Under the pieces are notes generated by a model. That model had not been told where the DNA came from and did not search any database. It was given only the letters and a program-made list of their open reading frames with translations. This document shows, in pieces, positions 10,866-24,200 of a DNA stretch of 64,000 nt. Source of the stretch: Octopus sinensis (lineage: Eukaryota); the NCBI RefSeq assembly GCF_006345805.1, contig NC_043010.1, forward strand, positions 60,078,001 through 60,142,000, read 5' to 3'. Position numbers and translations under genes: made by a program. The stretch's first letter is position 1. Every line of letters starts with the position of its first letter.

Positions 10866-12849
10866 AGAATATTTTGGGGATTATTTGACAGTTTAGAAAT
10901 CCTTCATTTGAGGGCTGCAGGGGACAGTGCAACTGTAGAAGAGAATTCAGTTGCCACATCTCCTGAATTGAAAGTAGTAAATTATGAATGTGCCAAATGC
11001 AACAGTTCTGGAAATGAGTGCCGAATAAAACTTTGTGAAAAATAAAAATGATGGCTTGAAATCAGAGGGACCATAGTGGAAGTTACAGAAACTTGTCTAT
11101 ACAGGGGATGGATGATGTGAATGATAAAATTGCTTGACTTACTAATGCAGACAGTAATGATGAAAGCATTTCAAACTTAGAGCAACAGCAATATGTATTG
11201 AGGGAATGATAACCAAGGAGGAACAAATTAAACTGTAATGCAAATGGTGTTGATTTAATCCACCCCTAAGGCATCCTAGATGTGAATGGAATTACAATAG
11301 AAGAATGAAAAGAGAGCTATGTAAGTCAGAAAACAAGCTGAAAATTCATTCAGCCACTGCAGGGTCATGCACAATAATGAAAATAAAGAATACAAATATC
11401 CCTTTTACTGTATTTTTTTAATTAATAAAAGCTCTTAATTTTTTTTACTTATGCTGATGCAAGTTAGTAACTCATGAAACATAAAACTGTGTCCAATTCA
11501 TTTATTTCCTTCTTTATATTTATTGATTTTCACATGGTTTCTTCTGGAAAGCATTTCGGAAATTTAAATTTGTTTGGGTTTTTTTTTTAAAGTTTAGATG
11601 TTATACAACAATTTTAAATGTATTTATACATTCAAATACCGTAGTTACAAACACTACAGTGCTCATGCTGCCCACATTAACTACAGCAATCAAAATGCTT
11701 CTGTGGATGTGTCTACACATGTATACACTCTGATAAGTGAATGTGAAAATAGTTGTCAAACCCTCTGTAATTTCAGCTTAATGTAAAATTTATCTAAACA
11801 CACACGTTAATATATACATACAAGTGTGTGTGTGCTTGCGTGTGTATGAATATGCAGTTAATCTCATTGACAGAGACATGCATGGATAGAAGATTATATA
11901 TGTGTATATATGTTTATATGAGTGTATAGCTCTTTGTAGGTATGTGCTTATGCATACATGCAGTTTATACATACTTACATACACACACATGTATGTGTGT
12001 ATATGTACATGTATGCAAATATAAAAACAAACATAGCTGATTGATTGAAGAATTACACGCATGCAGTCAAGGTTCAATCCTATTGTGTTACAGCTTGGGC
12101 AGTGTATATTCTACCATACCACAGCCATAGGTGGACCCAAGCCTTGTGTGAAATGCAATGGATAGACTATACTCCTAATTCAAAAGACCAGCCTTGTCAC
12201 TGGTTCTGCCTGAAGATCATATTGCTGGTGTATGTGTCTGTGGAATACATTACCACTTATAATTCAATGAATAGGCAGCTCAGTTATTTGAACAAATGGA
12301 ATGCTCAGAGTTGGAACTGAGAGCCATTTATTTTTTTTATCTCTTGTGAGAAAAATGCTTTAATGCACACAAGTATACATAGTGACAGATAAACAAGTAA
12401 TAGATATGCATGACTGTATGCATGTATGTTTGTTTGTTTGTTGTGCCAGCATGTGTGTGTGTGCGTGTGTGCATGTATATGTGCACAAACACACACACAC
12501 ACACACACATGTTTAATGCAGACATATATTCAAATATATATGAGTGCATGTGTGAATGTGTGTATACATATTAGGTGAGCTGATGAAGATGCAAGACACA
12601 TATTTGGCTAAATACTCCCATGAACAGATGCAAATATAAAAAGATAGACAAATGCCTACATAGTTTGAATTATAGGAAATAAACTGCTTTCCATTTTATC
12701 AAAATGTCAATAAATTTCAATGATCGTATCTAAGTGTATGCTTTTCATCTACTAGTGACATATACATGATATACATGTATGTGTGGATGAACATGTGTAT
12801 ATGTATATTTATTATAGTGTGTGTGTGAGAGAGGGGGGGAGTGAGGGAA

Positions 12850-13146
12850 CATGGCTTAGTGGTTAGGGTATTTAGTTCATGACTTCAAGGTTAGGAGTTC
12901 AATTCTTGGTGGCGTGTTGTGCCTTTGAGCAAGACACTTTATTTCACATTGCTTCAGCCCACTCAGCTGGCAAAAGTGAGTTGTACTTGTAACTGAAAGG
13001 ACCAGTCTTGTAACATTATGTGTCATGCTGAATCTCCCTGAGAACTACACTAACGATACACAAGACTTGTATGTTAATTTGACAAGCAGGTTGTTCTGTT
13101 GATTGGATCACCTGGAATATTTGTGGTTGAAAACTGACAGAGTGCC
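12850..13146 (+). mobile_element. tRNA-derived SINE (family 3)
   Basis: A box tggcttagtgg (12852-12862) and B box gagttcaattc. Body ttgagcaagacactttatttcac..ccactcagctgg is shared with the minus copies at 25740-25885 and 13455-13560. Confidence 0.75.
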
Positions 13147-13239
13147 AATTACTACTCTTCCAGTTTTTAAGTGAAGAGTTTAAGACTGTATTCATGAAAA
13201 CACTTGCATGTTGTCTGGGTAGTTCTTAGACTAACTCTT

Positions 13240-13390
13240 AACAGAATTAAAGACATTCCAGACTTGAAAACAAAACCTAGAATTGAGAGGCATCACAATA
13301 AATTTCGCAAAGACTAAATTTGTTTTAGATAAGAAAGAAGACAGGACCCTAATATAACAAGGGAAATGTTCAAGGAGAAAATCTGGACAT
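13240..13390 (+). mobile_element. RTE-clade LINE RT fragment
   Basis: FQT*KQNLELRGITINFAKTKFVLDKKEDRTL resembles the RTE W...LE..G..VN..KTK motif. Confidence 0.5.
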
Positions 13391-13863
13391 AAGAGAAATC
13401 AGCTGTTGTGGGTAAGAGAGAGGGGCCTGCATAGTTGAGTTTTCATAGCAACATGTAACTCTAATGTAATTCTCAAGTGAATCAGTGTGACAGAGTGTGA
13501 CAAAAAACAAAGCTGGATCTATGAGTTATAAGTAAAATCCAGCCAACAGGATTATGCTTACTCCATTTTGATCACAAGATATGGATTGACCTGAGGCCAT
13601 ATAGCAAGCAGTTGGATTGAACACAGTATGTTGTGGTTAAGAAGTAAATTTTTTAACAACATGGTTATGAAACGCCCATATTTCATATTACCTAATGTTG
13701 CCTAGCACATCGCTAGATACAACAATAGAAAACTACAGTCCATCCCCCTTTCCTAGAACCCCTGGATTAAATAATAGCATCAACCCACCTGTAACTAATA
13801 TTCAGAGGAATAATATACATCTTAACCCAACAGAAAGTGATAACTATCCTATCTAATTAGGTT

Positions 13864-14215
13864 AATAATCTTTGTAATTGTAGAAATAAATCCTGATGTC
13901 CACTAGACAGCTATTATCTTAGTAACAGTGTAGTATATAAATGTTACACACATGCACTAAGAAATGAAAACATTTATATTGAAACTACTACAAGTAAATT
14001 TAAATGTAGATACTATAGGCATGCTTGCAGCTTCAAGGATAGAAACAAACCTAACTGTACATCTTTAGTTAGTTTCCACCTATTGATTGCCGATAAAAGA
14101 ATCGAGTACAAAATTATGTGGTCCGTCAGATGCAAAGCACAACTGTATAAAGGTAATAATGGCTTTTGTAATTTGTGCATATCAGAAGCCTATGAAATAA
14201 TTAAGTGCAAATATT
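13864..14215 (+). mobile_element. Penelope-like element GIY-YIG endonuclease domain (Nematis/Neptune-type), one reading frame with one TGA
   Basis: NNLCNCRNKS*CPLDSYYLSNSVVYKC...ENIYIETTTSKFKCRYYRHACSFKD...IMWSVRCKAQLYKGNNGFCNLCISEAYEII. Shows the CNCR..CPL linker, VVY/YI(G>E) GIY-YIG motifs, R..RH and C.LC. Confidence 0.8.
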
Positions 14216-15130
14216 ATCAACCAAAGAGGCGATGTAATAATAAATTGCTCACATTTGTACTGCACATCATTCCTACACAACACCAAAACTCAAAGTAGTA
14301 GCTTCATCCATATACTTGAGTAATATTACTTTACAAGTATTTCCCCCAATTTTACCAGAACCATCTTTATTTTTTCCTAGATTTCTACTCCTTTCTACCT
14401 TTCTTTACTCTAATTAGTTTATTTAATCCCAGCTCAACTGAACTATTTTGATAAGCAGTTGAGTATTACCCTCCGGAAATATTTTTAGGTTTGGGTTTTC
14501 ATCTGTTGTAGACTTTTATCCCTTAATTTATCAACCTGCTGACTACAAATAGATGAAGCTGTTTTACATTGTCCATTTTATTCTGTTATTCCTCCTTATA
14601 ACTTATTGACCCTTAACTTATAATCTATGATAGTATTATATATTACAATCAATTTATTTTCAGTGTGGTCCGATCCTAGATTATATTTCCTGTACTTTAT
14701 CTCACCTTATTTTACCTTACCTTATTTACCCTCCCTTGTGGATTCAATTACCTTTGTTTACTTATCCACTTTTGGCTCCATTGTTTCCATTTTCAATTTA
14801 TATAATCACAATTATAGTGAAAATATATCAACTCATACAAGCAGAAGCGCAGTCACCCACCTTAGTTTAAACCAGTATCAATGCATGGATATTGACTCCC
14901 TGTTTCTTTTTGTGGGTAATGAGTTCTAGGCTTTGCGACAATTGATAATGATTATAACCCCTTTTGGTTAATTAACTAATTATCAATCTTCTATGAATAT
15001 GCCATTACTTCAAAATTAGTGTTTTGTATACACACACACATACATACTTACAAACAAATATATATACACACATGCATTCATACAAACATACATACATACA
15101 TGTATGTATGCATGTATATATTAGTGTGTG

Positions 15131-15205
<75 letters not shown>

Positions 15206-16419
15206 CACTGCTATAATGCAGACACATCTAATTTATGCTATCATTAATAAAAGAAAAAAAACATTAAAGTAATGTAACCAATAAATAAATATACACATAG
15301 TTAGGTGCTGTTTTGTCTAGGTACAGTCATGGTCTATGAGCAAGCATGGCTAGGGGGTGAGCAAGCATGGCTAGGGGATTAAGAAATTTGCTCCCATTCA
15401 TGTGGTTTTTGGTTGACTCACTGCACAGTATCCTGAACAAGTCTCGTGAGTGGAACTGTTGACAGAAACTAAATAAAGGTCATTGTGTATGTGTGAGTGT
15501 GTGTGCATGTGTATGTGTGTACATGGTGGTTTCTGTACAGCTTCTGTCAGCTAAACCCCTTATTTAAAACACCATTGAACTCAGGGCTATGTTAGAAGGT
15601 GCACACTGTAATCAGACCCAGAAACATGTGGTTGCAAAGTGAACTCTTGAACTAGACAAGCAGGCATTCTTGGTTTCATTAATTATAGGAAATAAGAACC
15701 TGTGATGAAGAACTGCTGTTCTATCCTGGCAAAGAGCCTCTTTTCCTCTATTTAAAACTATGAGTTCAAGAAAGATAAGATGAGTACTGTTTTGTGAAGA
15801 TGTTCAGTCATGCATTTTAACGATATATACATTCACATGCACATATATATATACATATGCACACACATGCATACACACATGTATAGATATGTAAGTCTCT
15901 CTCTCATCTTTCCCAGTCTACTGTATCCTTATCATGTTTCTGCTGCTCTTCACTCTTCCCTCCCCATTTTATCCACATTATCAGTCATCTATCATTTTCT
16001 ACCTTCCTTATCATCCCACAACATTTTTTCTTCATTATATTCACCCCCTCAACCATTCCCCATCTCTAAGCATCTCTCATATTCCTACAACTGCTACACC
16101 CACTTCTGATATACACACTCACTTCTACCACATACCCCATTCTACTGTGCCATTAATTTCTTCTCTCCTTGTATCATAAGCATCGATCTTGATACTACAT
16201 CATCACTATTTTTATCTCTTCAGCTCCAGCCTGGCCACTCTCACCTTCTCTTCTATAATGTGAATAGCCATGTAACTCCTTTACAGAAACAAACTTTTTC
16301 TGTTCTGTGTGTTCTCTCAGGCTTTAATCCCTCATCTCATAGCATAAAACTACCTCCCTCTCTTTGGTACCCCTTCTCAGTTGAAAGGGATCTTAATCTT
16401 GCAAGTTGCATGGCAAACT

Positions 16420-16570
16420 CACTGGTCCTGGTGCCAGGAGAAAAGCACCTTGTACATACTGTGAAGTGGTTGGTGTTAGGAAGGGCACCCAGCCACTTCA
16501 TACAAGAGCAGACATACTTGTCAAACTGTGAAACCCATGCCAACAGAGAACATGAACATTAAATGATGAT
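16420..16570 (+). mobile_element. RTE-tail-type SINE/LINE 3' end with (ATG)n tail
   Basis: aagcacc..gtggttggtgttaggaagggcacccagcc...acccatgccaac...ttaaatgatgatg. Related ends at 3975-4062 (+), 26189-26354 (-) and 43325-43380 (+). Confidence 0.65.
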
Positions 16571-17445
16571 GTGCACACACACGAAATATATATCTATATC
16601 TATATATATATATATAAAATATATACATACACGCATATACATACATATATATATATATATATCAGAAGCAACTCCTGGTCATCAGTGTCATTTGGGCTCA
16701 TTACAGATTTCGCATAAGATAAATGCTTGCTTGAAGAATTTCATGTTTTTCTGCAATGTTTCTAGCCCCCAAATGGCTTATTTTTTTATAGCTAGCACGA
16801 TTTCTTTCTCCATTTCTAAGTTAAGGGTAAAAATAAAGCAACCCTGCAAAACACAACTGATCTTTACGTACAAATGCACAGAATAACAACAATAAAATGA
16901 TGACAACAGAGTGTACAACAAACATCAGTGATCTCACTATCACCTGTACTCTTGACGAGAGCTGCCAGTTAACTTTTTACACCTACCAACCTCATTCGTA
17001 TTTGCCTGAGTTGCTGGATAATTTTTTGTTCCTTTAAGAATATTGTAGAACAGAAATTTTTCATAGATTGGAATTTAAATCCTAATCTCTATAGAAATTT
17101 ATTGTTTCAGGAAAAAACTGAATCTGAATTACTTATAATTTTTACGATTATAGATAACTCGGGCTGTAACTTCTGAGCTCCAGTCATTCGCGTGTGAACC
17201 ATGATGAGAGGACATCTGCTACGAATGATATTTTTTGATACTGTGCATGTCTAAGATGACAGTCAGACGCAGAAGGAAAATAAATAAACTGCAACCAGGC
17301 TCAAAAGGAGTTTGATTTATTTGCTGCAACTACATACTTGAAATCAGTGTTGGCAGAAATTACATCAGCTTGCAAATACACATTCACTTTACTAAATTTA
17401 TGCTCGTGCTAAGCCCAATCAGCCCAAATGCCGGAGTCACCACTG

Positions 17446-17627
<182 letters not shown>

Positions 17628-17671
17628 AGGAGAGTATTATAGTTCGCTTGAAGTATTGTGTATTGTTTGTA

Positions 17672-18319
17672 AAGAATAAAAAGTTTTGAATGACACAACT
17701 TTGCACTATAATACAAAGAATGGACTTATAATAACTGTTACAATTTAATCATCCATGGTCTGATATAATATTTCAGAATATAAAAATTCCTTCTTCAGAT
17801 ATCCCTAGGAGTTGAGGGAGTCACTGCTATAATCAGTTTTCCAATGGCTTTCTTTTTTTTTCCGAAAGTGTCTCAGCAGTGGTTTCACGAAGCTCCTTCC
17901 AGAATTCCTCATGAGAAGTGCATGAGGTCGGCCATGTCTCATTTCGTGTGTGCTGGCACATCCATAGCACTGCTTCTAAGTTACATATTATATGTGCAGC
18001 TTCCTTTTTTTACCCCTTCTCCTTAGAAGCAGCGATACAGATGTGCCAGCACACACGAGATGAGAATTGGCCAACCTCACGCACTTCTCATGAGGAATTC
18101 TGGAAGGATCTTCGTGAGACCACTGCTGGGACACTTCCGGGGGGAAAAAATACAAAAAAGCCGTTGGAAAACTGATTATAGCAGTGACTCCATCAATCCC
18201 TAGGGATATCTGAAGAAGGAGATTTTATATTCTGAAATATGATTAAATTACAACAGTTATTATAGTCCATTTTTTTGTATTATAGTGCAAAGTTGTGTCA
18301 TTCACAACATTTTATTCAT
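17672..18319. mobile_element. 648-bp fold-back: inverted arms 17672-17980 / 18022-18319, 41-nt spacer, HHR family B in each arm
   Basis: The arms align over ~300 bp (gaatgacacaactttgcactataataca ... gtgtgctggcacatc..ctgcttctaag vs the reverse complement). TA flanks both outer ends. Confidence 0.85.
17762..17803 (-). ncRNA. Minimal type I hammerhead motif, family B
   Basis: Minus strand reads GATAT-CTGAAGA-A-GGAA(TTTTTATA)TTCT-GAA-ATAT-T/ATATC. Perfect 5-bp stem I and self-complementary stem III ATAT. The plus-arm copy (18205-18240) has lost the 3' strand of stem I. Confidence 0.65.
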
Positions 18320-18930
18320 TATATACATACGTGTGTGTGTGTGTATGTGTGTGTGTGCATGTGAAAAGGTTGAATTATATTTCATCCTTTACTTTGGAGG
18401 GTTCCAAAGGGCAATTTCTAACAAAGATTTTTCATATTTTGCTGGTAGCTTACTGGTGTAAGATTTTTGCGAATATGAAAATATTACATGTATATGGTGT
18501 GTTATGAGAATTTATGGAAGGGTATCCCATAGAAACTCCTCAAATATGTTACAAATGGAGAACAGAAAATATTAAAATTTCAGAGAATTTTAATACATGC
18601 ATACGATTGTTTCAAACAGCGATATTAACATGTAAATACATGGTAGAATAATTAAAATTAATTTGATTAAATTAAACTAATTGCATATCACTGTTCCCCT
18701 CAATGCAAGAAGTATACAACAAAAAGCTATTATTATCATAGAAGACTTGATGAAGGAAATAGCAGATAAATAAATTCGGATATGCATATTTTATCTTTAT
18801 GAAACATTGAGAGCATACTAAACAATGTTATTGAGTCTAGTTGTGTATAAACTAAAACATTTTACTTTATACACAATGGTCCAGTTATGCAACACTCCTC
18901 AGACCATCACAGAATAGCCGCCACGTGTGT

Positions 18931-19085
18931 ATCATTGGCGATTTTCTTTCTCCATCTTCCATTCTTTGGACTTTTTCTATATTTCTGATGAAGAGCTCCA
19001 CTCAAAACATGAAATCCTCTTTCCTTTCCTGAGCGTCCAATAACACAGTACTTATTCCACGTCCTTGCGTCGTTTTTTTATCTTG
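18931..19085 (+). mobile_element. PLE-type pLTR fragment with decayed HHR (18981-19015), family D, copy 2
   Basis: ATTT-CTGATGA-A-GAG(CTCCA)CTC-AAA-ACAT-G/AAAT. Homologous to 193-370. Confidence 0.6.
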
Positions 19086-19199
19086 CTTGTTCATGTTTGG
19101 ACTGACTATATATATATATATATATATATATGCATACATAAATTGGCTGGAGAAAGTTAATATAGTTATTAGCTTTGTTGGTAACAAAGACCATTTTTT

Positions 19200-19650
19200 C
19201 AGAGTGAAAGTCAGATGGTATGATGCTTGTGTACCATCAAACAATGCCACATGTCAGTGAAATGTGGGCTATAAATGCAGAAGACACATGCAAAGACTGG
19301 AAAGAAATGAAGTTACCATGCTTCATTGAATGTGCGACTTCAGTGAGTACATATGATAAAGTGCAAATATGCTGAGAGAAAAACTGGGCATAGGATTAAT
19401 CAGTTGTCATTTTGGAGAGAGAAGAGTAGAATGGCATGGTCGGTCAAGGTATGCATATAGACGTGAACAGCTAGATAAAGAAGTACTGGTCTCTAAATGC
19501 GGATGGAACCTGTGGAAATGGGGGGGGGGGCTAAGAAGCCATGGGATGAAGTAGTGAAGACAAACCTAAATTTGTTTAGCCTTTACAGAGAAGATGACAA
19601 AAGACTAAGATGATTGCATTTTTGTGCACCAGAAAATCCATCAATTGCAG
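19200..19650 (+). mobile_element. RTE LINE ORF 3' fragment
   Basis: Across frameshifts: VKVRWYDACV..SEMWAINAED..RLERNE..MLH*MC..ANMLREKLGI..ERRVEWHG..KKPWDEVVKTNL. Confidence 0.75.
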
Positions 19651-20239
19651 GGGGGGGGACGAGGTCCTAAAAGTATATCATTTACGTCCGTACCTCTGCA
19701 CCCAATCTGTACCTGTTAAGCATTCCCCATGCTTCCTCATCATAACACCCGAATCTCCATCAGCTCCCTAGCTGCAGCACTACTTCCCCAGCTGCAGTAA
19801 TTATATAAAAGCAAAACTGCACACATTCTATCCCTGCTTTGTGCCACCGGTTATCCCACTCCTTAAAACCACTTCCCTTGTCACATATTCTACATTCTCA
19901 ACATCATTCCTTATCACTTTACTTCCCACTGAGTACCCCCTCCCTCCCTTCCTCTGAACATCTTTACATATCTGCCATCAACAGCTCCCCACCCACCTTT
20001 ATATGTCACTCCCTATATAAACTTATACATAGACATAAGAGTGAGTTTGAATGTATTTGTGCCTTCATATACCAATACATAAACAAACCTAGATGCACAA
20101 AATTCTAAATATATTAATATCTACCAGTATATGTTTAAACACTATCTCTGCATGTTTTTTAATGTGTCTATTTGTGTTTATAAAATATTTGTGTATGTGT
20201 ATGCATTCATAAAATATCTACAAATATACTGATATGCAA

Positions 20240-20260
20240 TGTTGTATATGTGCATATATA

Positions 20261-20334
<74 letters not shown>

Positions 20335-20426
20335 ATATAGATGTATACATGTGTGTACACACATGCACACACACATATATACATGCATATAAATGTATGT
20401 ATATATATTTATATATATGTATATAA

Positions 20427-20470
<44 letters not shown>

Positions 20471-20575
20471 GTATATAAATGTGTATATATATGATGATGA
20501 TATATATATATACACAATTATATATACACATACACAAGAATGTATGATATATAATATATATATAAATGTGTATAT

Positions 20576-20608
<33 letters not shown>

Positions 20609-21008
20609 ATTTAATATTGTCGTGGAGATATCCACATATAAGATAGTATTATTGTGCAGATTTCTCTTAAAACACCATTAATGTTATATTGTGAATTTTC
20701 CTCTGTACCAGCCTATAAATATAGATATATTTTTGTCTGCAATTATTTCTGAGAATATGTCTATGAGAACATATACATACTCAGCCACATACAAATATAT
20801 ATGCATACTCACAAGCACATGCACACACATGTATACATATATACATAACTATACATACATATATATATACACATACATGCATATATACATATAAAAACAT
20901 AAATCCATATATATATGTATGTGTGCATGTGTGTGTGTATATATATATATAGTGAGAGAGAAAGAGACAGATAGATAAATAAATAGTTATAGGGATGTAT
21001 GCATAAAT

Positions 21009-21047
<39 letters not shown>

Positions 21048-21179
21048 CACACACACACACACACATACATATGTATTTGTGTGTATATGTATGTAAGTAT
21101 CTCTCTCTCTCTCTGTCTAACTATATATATATATATAAACACACACACATACGCACATATATATATATATATATATATG

Positions 21180-21234
<55 letters not shown>

Positions 21235-21235
21235 T
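20240..21235. repeat. Compound (TA)n/(TG)n/(CA)n/(TC)n field
   Basis: Direct inspection. Confidence 0.9.
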
Positions 21236-24200
21236 ACTCAACAACATCTTTTTGGTGTAATATCTACAAAGATATGTTTATGTGTGTGTATCTGTAAGAA
21301 AAGTAAAGAATACATCTTCTCTAGAGAAGTTGCTATCTGCTTTCTTGCTGTAATGACATTGGAAGTGACTTATATAAAAAGAAATAAGTATTGTGTGATA
21401 TTTTCATTAGAAATATTCCAACACACTGCAAAATAAAATGAAATAAATAAATGACAAAACAGAAATCTAAGAGAAAATAATGAAATACTTTATCATTTCT
21501 TGACAGGTATTCTCAGAGATGTGAAATAAAACCAAAAAGAAAGATATTTCCAAGAACTAAAACCATTACTTTTTCTTTCTATTGACATTTATATAAATTT
21601 CTTTTTTCAAAATCCTCATAAGAGTTTTTATTTATTTATTCGCTTTTCTTTTTACTTCAGCTTTCAGAAACTTTCAATGAATGCAATTTCTTTTACAAAT
21701 GTGTTGAATCCAAAAGATAAAAAAAGATGCGATGAATTTCTCTACTAAAACTGTTCGTAAAACTACTAAGATTTTCATTTCCATGAGATATGTTTTTTTT
21801 GTAAGCATTGGAGGCATTTTCTACAGAACTCTTCCCTGTGTAGATAAACATGGTTTGTTTTATGAACACAATCAATTTAGAATTCGGAAGCAAAATAATA
21901 AGAACACTAGAGAAAACAAAAAAAGGAATAGAAACAAACTAGCAAAGAACTGTTTTGAGATGATTTTTCTCACTGCAATTGATTTTCATCTGGTTGTTGT
22001 TGTTTTTAGATTACTTTTTCCTGTGGCATACGTTCTATGATAACATTTGAGAGATTTTTATCATTTTGCTATTCCATATTCATCATTAATTTTTTTCAGC
22101 AGACATGATAGCAGGATATTTTATGACTCATCCGCTCCTATGAGCACAGTCTTTTCTTTAATTGCTACTAGCAGGCAGAAAACAGCATAACCAGAATTAT
22201 TCCTTTTACCTCAGTCCTTTGTTTTATAAGTGTCTAAGTATATATCTGTACGCATGGTCATAGGGAGATAAACTGAGAAGATACAGCAAAATAATAGAAA
22301 TTGCAGATTAAATGTTACGTGTATTTCAAATATAGATTATCATAGTTATATCTGCATAAAGAATGTTTCATGTGTATATTCATTCTTCCATTTATCATAA
22401 TCACCAAATATCTGAGATGAAGGATTGAAAGATCAAGACAGTGAAACCACCCATTTACAATGTTCCCTTCATTTTCTCTTAGTAAAAAAGAAAAAGTTAA
22501 AATGGCACTGCCTACCCATGGGGCCTAACTGCAGTTAAAGGAGGACTTAGTGGAGAGTTAACAAATCATTATCAGGATTGTGTACAAGCCATTGCAAAGA
22601 TATAGCCTATAGTGATACCATAGATAAACTGAATGCATATTCCATCAAGGTTCAGTCATATAAGAAATAAGAGTTAGGAGATGAAATGAGAAAGGCTGGA
22701 TAAGTTTCTATAACTGATATATGCTTAATGGGAATAAAGAGAATTCCTCACTGCAAAAATATACCAAACCAACCTAAACCAATGAAACTGTGATCTTTCT
22801 TATTGAATTTTGGTATGCATTAATATTTACAGGACATACTTCAACACATGCTGAATTCTGAACAGCTTTGTTGTAAATATATGATTGTTGCTGCATTTGT
22901 GCATGAATGTACATATATGCATTATGTACATATATGCATATAAGTAGTTTGGCAATCTCCATATGAAAACATTGATAAATAAACACATAACTCCCTAAAG
23001 GTAGACTGGGGAATTTTCAGAATGCTCTCATTGCTCACAGAAAGAAAAGAAGCTGTTCCACCTTTCAGAATGGTCTATATAATCATGAATACCTTTACTA
23101 AAAGACTTTACCATGTCTTTGCTGTTATAATTATATGTCTGTTCTCCAGCTGATTTCCCATATTCTTAGGTATGTTCTAATATGTGAGTCTGTGAATTTT
23201 ACTGTCAGAAAGAGGAAATAACTTTGAATGTACTAGCTGGTAGGTTTAATTCCATTTGAATTTAATATATTATCTCCAAATTAATGACCAATGTCAGGCT
23301 AGAGTCTAGACAGAAAGCATTAAAAGAAGTTTATAAAGCAAATCTGTCATTCTACAGAGATGAAAAGTGCAAAAGGGAAGAATGATTGTTAAATGAATGA
23401 TGGATTACACTCAACATTACTGTTAAATTGTTCTGTAAAGGAATCACAGAATAGCAATTTGATTAGAGAAACATATTTAAAATTCTTTATCTTCTATTGT
23501 GAAGATAAGAAATTCTCATTAAACATTTTGAGCAACCAACGATGGTATAGTTTTAAAAGAAATCAAGCAACCAAGTTGATATCTAATATTTTGTATTCAA
23601 TAAGGAATAAAATAGTTTTAAATCTTCTTGGAGTGTCCTAATAGAATCTCAAGAGAACAATACTCAACTCTAATTGGGTAAGCAACAAAAAACCAAACAA
23701 ATTATCAAAGTGGACCTGTTTATTACCCAGAGTTTGTATAGCTACAAGGGACCCATAAGGACAGTAAGTTAAGATTATTGATGAGAATAATTTAATATGG
23801 TCATTTTTAGTAATGACACTGACAGAATTATATCAGTAAGTTCATTGAGTAAAAGATGGAATTTGTTTTTTCAAAATGTGAAAAAATTCTGTCTTGTTTA
23901 TCTGAAGAAATTGGTTAGAATTTATCTTAGGTTTGGTTGATTTCTCATACTATAACAAAAGTAATAAACACTCATTTATGGACCCATGCATTGGCAATAA
24001 AAGCATAGATGGGGTCAATATATTACTATAAAAGTTATGTAGCGAGCTGTAGTGAGTCAAATTGAATCATTAATGTTAATTATAATTTTTGTCTTCTTTG
24101 ATAAGAATTACCATTGATACTAATGGTTTTTATCATTTCAATACAGGTGTGATTTTTAATTGAACTTTTTTTTTTAATTTTTAGTTGTTTTTGCCAACTA

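Noticed and set aside
11014-11028. 15-mer ATGAGTGCCGAATAA repeated at 53379-53393
   Set aside because: One or more 15-mer matches are expected by chance in 64 kb, and the flanks do not align.
13894-13896. In-frame TGA in the PLE endonuclease as selenocysteine (Naiad-clade PLEs can encode selenoproteins)
   Set aside because: It sits at a variable non-Cys position of CNCRxxxxCPL, the copy has other inactivating changes (YIG>YIE), and I saw no SECIS. An ordinary nonsense mutation is more likely.
22124-22136. TGACTCA (AP-1) next to CGCT (core of the vertebrate Pcdh promoter element)
   Set aside because: The motifs are too short, lie 37 kb from the exon, and cephalopod and vertebrate clusters arose independently.
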